From the NCBI GenBank assembly GCA_050084515.1, contig CM114271.1, positions 14,508,001 to 14,572,000 of the forward strand: a stretch of 64,000 nucleotides of DNA, in the 5' to 3' direction. This DNA comes from Blasia pusilla (Eukaryota). Positions 51,569 through 64,000 of this stretch are shown one piece after another. Position 1 is the stretch's first letter, and every line of letters starts with the position of its first letter. The notes under the pieces are model-generated. The model worked only from the letters and a program-made list of their open reading frames with translations, was not told where the DNA came from and ran no database searches. The position numbers and the translations under genes were made by a program.

Positions 51569-54003
51569 CGCGCCCCCTCTTGCTTGATTGCATATCCCTC
51601 GCAGGGGGTCTCAAATCCCTTTTCGCAGCTCTCCTTCAATTTCACAGACTGAGGTATCCTGTCCCATCAGTGACACCCAACTACATCAGGATTCCATTTT
51701 CGGCATCCAATCTACTCGTGGAGAACGAACCCTCGGTTTCCCTCAAGAGAGAGAAATGCATCGCGGAAGACCTCAAGAGACAAATGACCGGAAACAGGCA
51801 TTGCACTTGCAAATACACAGGGCGCTCAGAATCCGCCTCCGCAAACCAGCCGGAAGCAACCGACCGATCCACGACCCCACTTCCTGACCTCAAGAACCCC
51901 GCCACACTCTACTCATCCTACCAACCACGAAAGCACTCTCCTTTCCACCAAGTTCGAGCGTAACACAAACGAAACAGGGCAGTACACAGTGCCCCCTCGC
52001 AAAATTGGACTGACCTCCCATCCCCAAGCCCCAATTCTCTGCGTGCCTTCTGCGTCTATCTACCCTCGACTATCCTCTCCCACTCCCAAACCCTTCCTTC
52101 CAACCCTGCAAGTCTGAATCAAACAATTAGTCATCCAACCAAATCAGCAGCTCCCCCTCCCAGCACTTCCTCCAGAAAATCAACCACCGGCCCACGAGCG
52201 TCGAAACCCTACCACTTCAACCTCCTCAAACCGTCGCAAAGTCCGCCTAAACAGCACCACCACCGGATCCGTCCCTCTTCCCTGCTTCATCAACAATCGA
52301 AGACCGGCCAACCACACAATGCCCTTCCTCCTCGCCCTCGTCCTCCTTCTCCTCGCCCTCGTCCTCTCGTCGCCATCCGCATCAAAACTCCCCGCAGCTC
52401 CAATTCCCTCCTTTCTTCGCTCGCTTCCACGCTGCTCAACAAGACCGGCGCGAATTCCCACGAACTCTCGAGGTAACCCGCAACAACGACAGCAGCGGCA
52501 GCAGTCGCAACCACAACTCCTACCACTCCAGAAGCGCGATGTCCAAGCGGAAGGTAACTGTCTTCTCTGTCCGAGCGATCGCTTGTCTGTGTGGGTAACC
52601 TGTGCTTGTGCTAGTGCGAGAGATGAAAGAGATCGCCCGTTCCTCGTACATATTAACCGCAACCAGACGCACGCCAGGTACTGCCTCCCTGCGCTCCCCG
52701 GTCATTCGGGGATTCTATCCTCTCGTGGCCGGTCACCGCACGGAATGGTGAGCAGAACACACTTTGCGACCGGTGAATCGATTCGCCGAGACCGGGGATT
52801 CTGGAGTAGTGACATCTAGGGCACAGGTGGGGTACGGGTTCTGATTTTTTCCTTTTTCTTTTTTTTTCCCTTATTTATTATCGAGGAAGCATAGAATAAT
52901 TTCTCAGGTTTTCGTTCCATTAATTTCCGGGAAATATGCTAAAGGTGGCACTTAACGACCGGATGGACAGCTTGCAAAACAAGCCACATCATTGGTAACT
53001 TCCCTTCCCTACATACTTTGCCATAATGGCATGATTACAACAATAACGAGGGCTCTTGATACAAGAACATACAATTGTAGACAATCACGAGCCCATACTT
53101 GCTCCCAACTCTAATGGGAGTGGAGATGTGCAAAAGCATCTATCATCAAACAAGTATGAGAAATTGCTGCGAAATTGATGGAGGAGGAGGAAGAGGAGGA
53201 CTATGGCGGACGTTTAGAATTTTTCTTGTAATTATTTCCATGGTGATCCAATCTTTTCAATTTAAGGTCCAATGTGTTCATCTTCTCAAGCTTGAACTTT
53301 GGGTTTTTCTTTTTTCCACTTAAGATTGAGATTTCCAAAGTTCTTAGGATCTTTGGACCTCTTTCTCTCCTAAATGTGTTGATAGATTCCTATACGCAAT
53401 TTCAAACATAGCGCTCTCCTTATAGAGTGATACCGGGTTACCATCGGTTTAAGGGATTCCTCTTGCTTTTCTGGATATTTTAATACGGGCTGGGCCCAAC
53501 ATTACGAACTCATTCCCTAATAGCGGTCATTGGTGGGTGGCTCACTTACTCCCCACATCCTCTTTTTCGGTGTTTCCAATTTCTTTCATAATTTTCTTCT
53601 CGAATGTCGGTTTTTGGTGTGTTTGGGCCTGTTTCGATCGTTTTGATGAGCTCATTCTTTTGATATCAAGTAGATTTTCTACTTTTTCTTCCTTCTTTGC
53701 AGGCGCCTATTTTTTTGTATGGGTTTGTTTTAGGTCAATTCCTCCCAAAAGTCTTCCTTGCTCTTTCAACTCCTTACCTTACTGTTTCGCCCCTACATAC
53801 GTTTAGGACATTAGAAATTCATATTCTTGAGCCACCTCTTCCGATACCATATCCATCACTTTTCCTTTTCAATTACTTTTTATATTTTTCTTATAGTAAT
53901 TTTCAATCATAAATTCGGTATTGCCTAATCTTCATCTCTCCACTACTTTTGCTTTGTTCGTTATCCTCATGCTTTCTCCAAACCACGTTTCGTATGTCTT
54001 TTC

Positions 54004-57000
54004 TTGTCTTCGGAGACTTGCCTACCTTTACTTCTATGTCATCAGAGATGGAGTTGGATTCTCCATCTACTCGCTTATCTGGTTTTACACGCCTCCCTGA
54101 CAGTAGTAACCTCTCCCCCTGGTTCACCTCCTCATCGTCGATCTCGCCATTTTCCTCCAGATGCTAATACACCCATTACACTCGCTAAATTTCTTCCGGA
54201 TTCTCCTCTTCTCCCTTCTTTGCCTTGTCCTATTGAGCCTAATCCTGATGCATTATTACCGAATCCTTCTACTTTGCCATCCCCACATATCTCATCTAGG
54301 CCCTTGCTTCCAACTCCCATCTATTCTACCCGAATCTCCCCTCTTCCTCCTCCTCCTTCCCCAACCTATTTACCCCCTCATCGTCGGCCATCACCACCTC
54401 TTGCACCTCCCACCTCCTCTCCTTGTAACCCTTCTACTTCTCCATTTGTACCAAAGGTTCGTTGCATACCTTGTGGTAAGGACTTTGCTCCTAATGGGAT
54501 CAAAAGACATCAGTGGTATTGTCAATCCATGCATGGGCCTTCAATCCCTAACCCGATACCAACTCCTACTGCACTCCCCACAACAACTTCTTGGACCTGG
54601 TTAAGCCAAATTGATCTCCTTTGCTCTTTCCATCCAGGTCTTCCTCGTCCTAGACTCTACACTCGCATTCCTATTGCTCTTCACCCCATCACCCAACAAG
54701 CTTTGCTATTCCCATTAGAAAGGTTAGCGCGTGACCCCACAAATATAAATGCTTGGTATCTCCTATTACTCTTCCCACAATGGGATTTAGTCCTCCCTCC
54801 AAGGGGGGGTGCAACGAGTCATGGTGAAACCTCCACACGTATTCAACGCTTTATGTCAGGGGATTGGGAGAATCTTCAGAATGAGCATGTACTTCGAGCT
54901 GAGGCCTTAGCTGCGGCTCATCCCACTCAACATGCCAATCATGGAAGGCCTTCAATACAACAACGCCTTCGACGAAGTCCACTATTGGGGCAGGTTGGTG
55001 AGTTTTCACATGCAGTTCGAGCATTGGGTCCTCTTTCTCCGGCGGTTCCAAGTGCGGAAATAGTGGCTCTCTTAGAAGCTCTTCATCCTCCTTCAAGTGG
55101 CGATGCTCCATCTTTTGTGGAAGACTATACAACAGACCTTGACTTGAAGCTTGACTTGGAGGTTTTCACAAGGGCTTTTCTACATACTCCTCGCTTATCA
55201 GCAAGCGGGCTATCAGGGATGGTTTTTTAGCATCTCCGCGATTGCTTTATCCCAGCAGATTCAGCAAGTGGCTTTGTCTCTCTATATAAGGTGTGTGCAC
55301 ATATGGCGGCAGGTCGTTTCCCATTCTCTATCTCTAGGCTCTTAGGGGCTTGTCGTTTGTTGGCTATGGATAAGCCTCCTTCGGGTGTGCGCCCTTTGGC
55401 TATTGGAGAGGTTTTATACCGCTTGGTCAGTCGATCCCTATTCTTGCAATTTTGTCCTCACTTTAGTGCCCACTTATTTCCTCATCAATTTGGAGTGGCA
55501 ACTCCTAGAGGTTGTGAGGCTGTGGTGCATGGGATTCGCTCCACTCTTGATATTCATCCAAATTGGGTAGCAATTCAAGTCGATGTGGCTAACGCATTCA
55601 ATTCAGTTTCTCGTGCGGCCATCTTTGAGGAATTACGTTGTGCAGGAGGACAACTCGCGAGCCTCATTCCATTTGTTCACTCCTTCTATGCCTATTATAC
55701 TCCCATTATCTATTCCCATCATGCTACTTCTGGGGAATATAGTATTCTACAATCGGCTTGTGGCACACGTCAAGGTGATCCTATGGGGGGCCCACTCTTT
55801 GCCATTGCCCATTTTCGTGCCCTTCGAGCATCAGCGCAAGCATTTCCATCTTGTCTTTTCCCTTCTATTGCTGATGACACTCACATTTTAGGTCCTCCTT
55901 CTGAAGTGGTTCCTTCTTATACCCATTTCGTGGAGCAACTCTCTTTCTTAAACCTTAAAGTCCAACCTAGTAAATATGGAGTATGGTCTCCTTCATGCCT
56001 TCCCTCAACATTCATCCCACCTACTCCTGATTTTCCCATTTATATTGAAGGGGTTAGAGTTATTGGGGTCCCAATTGGCTTCATCGACTATGTCTCAAAG
56101 TTCTTGGATGAGGCCCTTTTGAAAGACGTGGAATGGCTTCATTTATTACCTCATCGTGGGGATCCCCAAGTGGCTTATGGGATTCTCTCCCAATGTTTTC
56201 TTCGACGTCCTTCCTACCTTCTTCGCACTTGTCCTCCCACTTCAAGCTTCGTACATCGGCTGGCCTCTTTTGATGCTTCTATCTTGGCAACTTTTGGTCA
56301 ACTTCTTGGCCCGAATACCTTTGAGGGAGAGGATGGTGACTTTGCTTCACGACAAGCTATCTTGCCTATTTCTTTTGGAGGGGTGGGACTATTCTCCACA
56401 GTCACATATGCTCCCGCAACCTTTTTGGGGAGCTAGGCGTTGGTAGCACTGATTATGGCTTCAAGGTTTCTCCAAGGAGATGCACCTATCTTGATGGATC
56501 ATATCGCCCATGTCGAGGAGGGGGACTTGTTATTTCAACAACAACTGAGATTTTCACGAGCTCTTCTTCCTCTTGCTACACAAGAAATTCTACCCCCTTT
56601 CAGTCAGCTAATTACAGAAGGGCTTGATCGACTTCAAGAGCATATCTCCGAGAATCTACATCAAATCAACTTTTCTAGCATTCTCTCGAGGTATCCTCTG
56701 ACGCTAATCGAGCTCGTCTACGTTCATGTGCGTGTACCAGAGCGGGGGCGTGGCTTACTGCAAATCCTCTTATTCTTCCATTTCGTCTTCCTCGAAGTAT
56801 ATTCTCGACAGCTTTGCGGTTACGTCTTGGACTTCCCCATTCTTCTCTCTTAGGTGTGCCGAATTGTGTATATGGGGATCCCATTGATGCCAAGGGTATC
56901 CATATTCTCCGATGTGCACATGGTGGAGAACGAACGGCCACACATGATGTCATTAGAGAGGCGGTAGCATCGGTGGCTCGTACGGAAGGATACACCGTTG

Positions 57001-57655
57001 GGCAAGAGCAACTCCATGTCCTACCTTCAACCACACAAGCAACCTCTCGTCGGAGAGTGGATCTTGTTATGTCTCGAGGTGGATTCCGGACACTAGGTGA
57101 TGTGGTGGTTGCTGATCCAACACGTTCTGACTTGGTATGTAGAGCCGCACATACCAAAGGTTTGGCGGCCAAAGCTGCAGCAAGAATCAAGGAGTTAAGT
57201 TATGTTGTGAGACATGCGACTGACGAATTTATTCCGTTTGCAGTGGAAGTATTCGATCATTTACATGTGTCTTTTGATACTTTCCTGAAAACATGTGCTC
57301 ACCACTCCCTCGAGAATCATCACCTTGCCCCTTCTCGTAGTCCTTCTCTCTCGGTTGTTACTACTTATTTTAGGCAATGCATCTCAGTGGCCTTACAACG
57401 TGCACAAGCCTTGGCATTAATACATCGTGCCGAGGTGGTGGGAGGTCGCTCGCCTCGTCGTCCATTCACGTCTGACCAACCACTCGTGTTCTTGTCAGAT
57501 TTGTTTCAGGAAATCAATCGTGTTGCTCGTTGAGCCGGTGTTTACGTGGGCTTGTTGCCATTTTCTTTTTGCATTCTTTTATGCATTTTTTTACTCCTCT
57601 TTTGAGTTGTTATTACCTTTCTTTGTCCTATTTTGAGGTTTATTTTAGAATAAAG
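54004..57655 (+). mobile_element. Non-LTR retrotransposon with restriction-like endonuclease (CRE-like); single ORF with 2 stops and a frameshift
   Basis: N-terminal CIPC...RH...C finger. RT motifs GVRPLAIGE, HQFGV, DVANAFNS, GTRQGDP, IADD. C-terminal RLGLP..C..H..C..R..HD and RVDLV..DVVV..K..FAVE. T-rich 3' UTR with AATAAA. 5' boundary uncertain. Confidence 0.85.
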
Positions 57656-60055
57656 TGGATTCAAAACTGCTCCGAGTATGAGGCTGCTTGCGTAGGATGT
57701 AGTTAGATTTGGGAATTTTTAAGATTATTCAAACCATTCTAAAGTCGTGCGTCGTTAATGGGGGTGAGGTATTTGGAAATATATTGATCTTATTGATAGG
57801 TATAAGCCATGCAGTGTCGATTGTGTTACCAATATGGATACCTGTAGTCCGTGAGAGAGATTGGATTGTGTGTAGAAAGAGATGGAAAATTTATTGGAAC
57901 AATGTGAATGCTGATTTGTTGTGTAATATGCAATGGTAATTTGTATTAAAATATTGTGAAAATCAGTAGGGAGAATAGGTGTCGGAAGCCCTTATTAGTA
58001 TATTTGGAAATCAATAAGAGGTAAAGTGTATTTGGAATGCAAAATGTATTGGATGATTGGTTGAAGAGCTAGATGGAAATTATTGACTGCAGAAAAACAT
58101 GTAGATAATAATGAGATAGAGATGTATCTTGTGGAAAAGGGTGAGAGGGCTTGAGGCCTCTATTGCCAAAATTAGATGAATCTAAGAACAAAGTAGAAAT
58201 TGCTCTCAAGTCTTAGCATACTTAGTCTCATATATTGCTATCTATGGGGTCACTTGCATAGCGGTGACTGAACTATATTAGCTTGGAGCATGAGCTTTGC
58301 ATCACCACTAATAAGAGGCTGGATGTGAGGAAGGAAATCCTTGAAATATTCACTTCCATCCTTGAGCTTTTGAGTAATAAGAGATATGTATGAAGTATTC
58401 ATGTCAATCTTCTTGTAGAGGGAGGAGAGAAGATCATCATGCACATCAAACTTAATATGAAATTTAGCCAACTCCTCCTGTGTAGTTGTAAGCTCAAATA
58501 GTGTATCTTGGAAGAGTCGAAGAGGAACTGAATTTTGAGGATGGCGAGTCGAAGAAGATGCCAAGGATTGCTGATGAGAATCCTGCAATAGGAAAAATCA
58601 ATGTGGATGTAAGAAAGAAGAGACTGGCATAGCAACATATGAATGTTGTAAGAATTCGGTCCATAATGTGTTACATAGTAAGCAAGGAAGTACGAGATGT
58701 ATCAGAGGTCTCAAGTATGGTTGGTTAAGAAGTGAAGTATATAAAAGAGATATCGCGTAAACCAATGTAATTATACATCTAAGTAGGCGGAGAGAAAATC
58801 AGTGGCATGTGGCGTGAAATTGTTGAAGCAGAAACAATAGAAGATACATATGGAAGCGACGTTGAGGAAAAAAATAGTCCAAGGAGAATAGAAAGGTTGA
58901 AGTAAGAAAGTTAGGTACAAAGAGCTAGTTATATGGTTGAAGATTATACGCACTTGCATTTTGTTGGCGATGTCACAAGAGTGGAAGATTCAAATGCATT
59001 GCGATCTCAGTGTCGTGCAAATACACATCGTTTCCAACATACATCAGCTCTCATGCACACACATGTCTAAGATCCATCTACCTATCAATCATAACATATC
59101 TACACATGAACGACCAGACAACCCCAATATAAAATTGAATATGCACTATAAACTTAGATGAAATCTGCAATCAACCGTGCTTCATCCAAACAACCATATA
59201 CATTAATCAAATACACACTGGTGTAATAGCAAGAGAAAGTGTACACAAGGACTCCCAAAATATGTGTGATCTTTCTTATTAATTGCTCCTAGCCCATTCT
59301 TCAAGAGAGAATCCAAGCTCGATACATGCAAGCCGTACTGTATCACGGATCCCAACAAGGGTCTGCAATCCTAAGGAGATGAGTTCCAAATGAGCTTCAT
59401 CCAAGATATACCCCCCTGGGCACCTCCATGGATGACTTGTACATACAGGTCACCTCCCTCCAAGCAGGTCACTACCCACCTATAGTACACCCATACTAGC
59501 TCCCTAACAACTACATATGTGGTCCCCTCATGAGACCAACTACCAACTAACCCGTGACCCTATAGGTCCAAGTGGAGCCATACATGGTTGGGAAGCTCAA
59601 CCTCTCCAAGGTTGTCACTCCTCATAAAGGGAAGGGTGATCTACACTCATAGATCACCTCCTAAGAGCAGGTCACATATTACCTCTCGGAATAGGGAAGT
59701 ACAAGACCCTTCTAAGGCCTCGATACTATCGCGCCCTACGCCTCATCTACCATGACAGACGTTGTGCGAATACACATCGCTACCAACATACATCATTTGT
59801 CATGCACACATATGTCTAAGATCCATCTAGCTATGAATCCTAACATCTCTACACGTGAACGATTGGACAATCCCAATCGTCCCCCTAGTTGGTGGTTAGG
59901 TCCCTCTAACTCCAAATAGCCTACAAAACAAGTCTAAATCTTATGCATCTTTTTGATGCTAAGATCACGAGGTCAAGTGCTATGTCGCCCCATCGTTAGT
60001 CACCTTCTTGCAATCCATAACATCGAGAGTCATCTTGTAATCCACCTATGCCATC

Positions 60056-62560
60056 TATGTACATCTAGGACAAAGCCAACGTCCCTGAGGAACCAAGTCA
60101 GGAGGCGATGTCAAACATGACATATGCCATCCTCGAGAACATCCATCACAAACTAGCATCGTGGCTGCGCCTCTAGCTCACCCACACAACATGCATCTCA
60201 AGCCAACACGAACAACTGCCAAGCTCGGATGAATCCTCCCATCTACGTTTGGAAGATGATATGGCGCACAGTTACGCACATGATCTTTCCAAAAAATACC
60301 ATCACAACCCTCTAAAACAAGGACTCCTAAAGGTAAAATCTCTCGCACTCGTAGAATAGTGTGTCTTGCCGTCACGTCCAATGCCATCGACATTGTCTGT
60401 TACAGGTAGATATAATCGCCAGGATAGAATCGGTGAATCCTGGTCGATAGTCTGCTCCACGCGTAGTCCTGTACCTCATAGTATCGCAATGTTGAGCAAT
60501 AGCGAGGTTCTCAAACGCCATAGGCATGACTCTCCGAAAGAGCTCAGCCCACTGAGAACACGCTTGTATCCATACGTCTGGATCTTTGAAGTCAAGTACC
60601 TCAACCATATCTGGTCGAATCGACGAAGGTAACTCTAGCTCTCTCCCGTAAGATGAAAATGATGCCAAGGATGCCTGCCAACTGAAGCGGTAACACATCG
60701 CCAACCACGGAAACTGTAGGTCCCAATCTTCCAAGTGTCCTCTATGCAGTCCATACTTGCGAAATCCTCTCTTCACCGTCTGCACAACTCTCTCTTCCAA
60801 ACCATCTACCTCTGGATAATCTCAAGAAGTCGTACAATGATCTATCAATGCATGATCACACAAGGACTGAAAGTCATCCCTAAACTCAGTACCCTGGTCT
60901 GTCAACACCTCTGTTGGTGCACCGAAATGACTAAGCACTCTATCAAGAAATGCATAAGCCGCTCCCTCACTTGACCTATTTGGCAACGATACCAACTCAA
61001 TCCACTTGGAGAAGTGCTCCACCATGACCAACACATACCGACTATGGCGTCCCATCAATGGTAAAGGCCTTGCAAAGTCTAAACTCCAACATTACCCTAA
61101 TCCCATTATTGATAAAGGATGCAAGTGTGGTGTCGGAACATTGAACGATGCCCGCACCCTATCATATACAATGCATCTCGCTACAAACTTTTGAACATCA
61201 GTCTGCATACCATGCCACCAATATTGAATCTAAATCAAGCTATACATACGCTTGACTCCAAAAATCCCTAATTCCTCGTGAGCATGTCTCACGACTCATG
61301 CTCGTTGCGAAGGATGCGGCACCATCCGCACTCGTCCATCCTCCCAAACTTGAAGCACATGCATCCCCTCCCACCTGAACCTCTTGGCTTGCTATAGGAC
61401 TCGATCCCGCTCTCTACCATCCACCGTGCTCGCTAAGACACCAGTGCGCAGGTACCCCAAGATTATCTCATGCATTGTCTTGGATGTCTCCAGTCCCAAT
61501 TGACTTCTCGCTAGCATGTGAATTTGAGGACTCACCATCCAACCTCCCTCCTAGAGTGGATGCCTCCTGGTGATCTGACATAGCCAACAAACACAATAAG
61601 GCAGATGTCTGCCAACCCGACACCATCTCCTCATCACTCTCACCATGCCACCGTGCTCCAGTCGCATGGCTCTGGCTCATGCATGGATTACGGCTCAACA
61701 TGTCCGCATCTTGGTTTAGATATCTTGGGCGATGGACAACCTGAAAATTGTACTCATGCAGCAAGAGTGACCATGTGGCAAGCTTCCCTCTAAGCTTGTC
61801 AGACTCCATCAACCATCTGAGTGGCTGATGATCAGTGATGAGCGTGAAAGAGTTCCCAAAAAAATAAATTCTGAAATGGGCCAGAGCCCACAATGCAACT
61901 AAGCACTCCCCCTCATAGGAATTGTACTTCGCCTCCGCAACGTTGTTTGAGCCGCTCGCATATGCCACTACGAACTCCTTCCCCTCATCATCTCTCTGAG
62001 TGAGCACCGCTCCTAACCCCAACATACTCCAATCCGAAAGGATCTATCCCCCAAATTGTCTTATTCCTGTCCTCCACTCGGATGGGCAATTGATGATAGT
62101 CAGCGCGGAGATCCAAACAACTGAAGATCCTTGCATACCCCACTGCATCAAAGATCTCCTCGGGAGTAGGCATAGCAAAGCGATCGACCTTCGTATGCCG
62201 ATTGATAAGATGGTAATCCCCACACGTCCACCTATCGGTCTATTGGCCATGCATGTCCTTCTTCACCGGCATAATTGTGGCACATGCATACTCTCCAAGC
62301 AATCTCCACACAAGTCCAAAGTCAACCAAGTCTCGACTCCTACTCTAAATCAAGGCTCGCTACATGCCAGAATATGTGGAGGGTCGTCGAAAGATTGGAG
62401 TATCACTATCCAACTCGATCCGAATACCTGGACACTTCATTGTACCCAAGTCGTGCATACTATATACAAAAAAGTCCTTGAATCTCCACAAGAACTGCAA
62501 CACTCGTCTCCTCTCCGCTCTTGTCAACCTAGGACCTATCACCGACTCCCAAGTTTCTCT
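60056..62560 (-). pseudogene. pol: RT fragment, RNase H, integrase and PHD of E5
   Basis: DLRADYHQ; deletion near 62040; LGAVL/YEGECL; LTDQG; CMLCG...CDGC..WH..C...CPRC. Confidence 0.9.
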
Positions 62561-62869
62561 CGTGACCTATGGAGAATCGGAGGGTGGTGGTTGCTAATTG
62601 GAAACCTCTAGAGCAACAACATGCGCTCCCAACTCAGAGGCCAAATCTCTAGGGACTCCACTATGTCTTGCATCAACGAAATGAACTCCCGTCTCTCTAT
62701 GCTCTCGTGATATGTCCCATGAAGTCCATGGATGCCTCTCCATCACCATTGCGCCCCCAGCCAGTGTCTCGCCCATCTCGGTAGACGTTGTGCTACAAAG
62801 TGGATGTAATGTCACAGATGCCTCTCGCATCCGTTGTTGCTCAGCCAAACCAAGACTAAACACCCAAGT

Positions 62870-63803
62870 AAGACACTTCAGGTCCATAGTCTGACCCAAC
62901 ACTTGTTTACGGGATGCCTCTGCCATCATAGGCACCATCGTTGTACCTCTAGAGAACCCCATAGCTTGCACTTGCTCGTGAGCATTGGGCTCCATCAGTG
63001 TACTTTCTTGTTCATGCCATATCATGCTTGGTCCTAGCTCCGACGAAAAGCATGAGATGATGGAAAACTCACCAACATAGGAAATGTTGCCCTTTGCTGG
63101 CCCACCCGATTGGCCACTGCCAACTATGGTACATCATCACCAGTAACAACTTGAGATCTCCGCCTTGGATCCAAGATCGCATCCACTATAAGTAGTGATA
63201 GTCTCTGGACTCCATTGTAAGCCCACCTTAGCAACTTGGATGGTAAAAGGTTCATCCACCACAATCGTGGAAGGTGTGCGCACAATCCAACACTCGCCGC
63301 ATCCAACATCACCGCCAATCCTATCCACGACCGCACTTGATGTACACTTTCCATCACTCAGGCTTGCGTGTGACCTAACAATGGGTCATTCTCTAAAATG
63401 TAGGTTGGAGAACATCGCTAGGTAGTCTACCAGTGTCGAAGAACTCGCAACATCTCCCAAAACATGGCCAACCTCGGGTCTTGCAAACCAAGTCCTCGAA
63501 CCGCCAAAGAATGACCCTAACATGGCCACCCTTCCACCACTAGGTGTATTAGACCAGCCCTATCCAGATCTAGTGCCCCCAACAACAAAATGTTGGCTGG
63601 AAATACATATTGATATCCCTTGACTGTAGACATTGGCAATAACGGAGGATACTGCAGGACTAGTTTCGACACATGATGTAATGAGATTCTACGTGCAGTC
63701 TCATCTCTTTCAAGATACAAGTACTGATGTACTTGTACTCTGGCCTACAACAATGCAGCCAATGATGTACTAATCCCTCCAAAGAGATCCAGTATACGTA
63801 CAC
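62870..63803 (-). pseudogene. DNMT3-like methyltransferase domain of E5
   Basis: VRILDLFGGIST, LVVEGWPC, PTYILEN, DAASVG.CAH.PRLWWMNL, EQVQAMGF...RKQVLGQTMDL. Confidence 0.86.
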
Positions 63804-64000
63804 TCTCCTCCGGATATTGCCACACAATCAGTGTGGTGTACAAGGGTGTCAACGTCTCCACTCCTAGAGCACGTGGTAACTCTGTCCCGTCTCACTCTAG
63901 AGCATAAACTCGGCTCCACGCTTGCCTCATGAGCTCGTCTACTCTCCTCTGCAAATTGATGCTCGTTCCCCAAAAGCTGAAGAAGTGTCGCCAACAAATG

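Larger units (their letters stand above)
59011..64000 (-). mobile_element. Gypsy-type retrotransposon E5 (DNMT-RT[partly deleted]-RH-IN-PHD-B1-A2-B2); runs out of the window
   Basis: Same domains as E3 on the minus strand. B2 59011-59128, A2 59129-59757, B1 59760-59877, purine tract from 59881. Confidence 0.9.

Noticed and set aside
51588-52819. GC-rich ORFs upstream of SUA
   Set aside because: Low-complexity 5' UTR/promoter sequence with no protein motifs.
57660-58990. Possible decayed gag/ORF1-like coiled-coil coding on the minus strand
   Set aside because: No diagnostic motif recognised; cannot be supported.

Overview
Land-plant nuclear DNA, probably from a non-seed plant (inferred from transposon types). 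It holds one intact 15-exon gene (SUA/RBM5-RBM10-like splicing factor, minus strand, 42183-51568) surrounded by transposons. 1-23.6 kb and 59-64 kb are nested, decayed copies of an unusual Ty3/Gypsy-type family. Its pol carries a DNMT3-like C5 cytosine methyltransferase between protease and RT, and a PHD finger after the DDE integrase. Instead of two ordinary LTRs it has split direct repeats (A-ORFs-B-A-B) with an internal CA-NN-TG junction. It has a polypurine tract before B1, a self-complementary Tf1-like primer site after A1 in two unrelated subfamilies, and a 4-bp TSD. Together these suggest reverse transcription into a 2-LTR circle that integrase opens inside the LTR (inference). Also present: a Copia element inserted in one methyltransferase domain, a 12.4-kb Mutator-like element (TIRs, 8-bp TSD, captured proteasome alpha-5 exon), and a CRE-like restriction-endonuclease LINE upstream of the gene. 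All alignments were done by eye; no searches were run.
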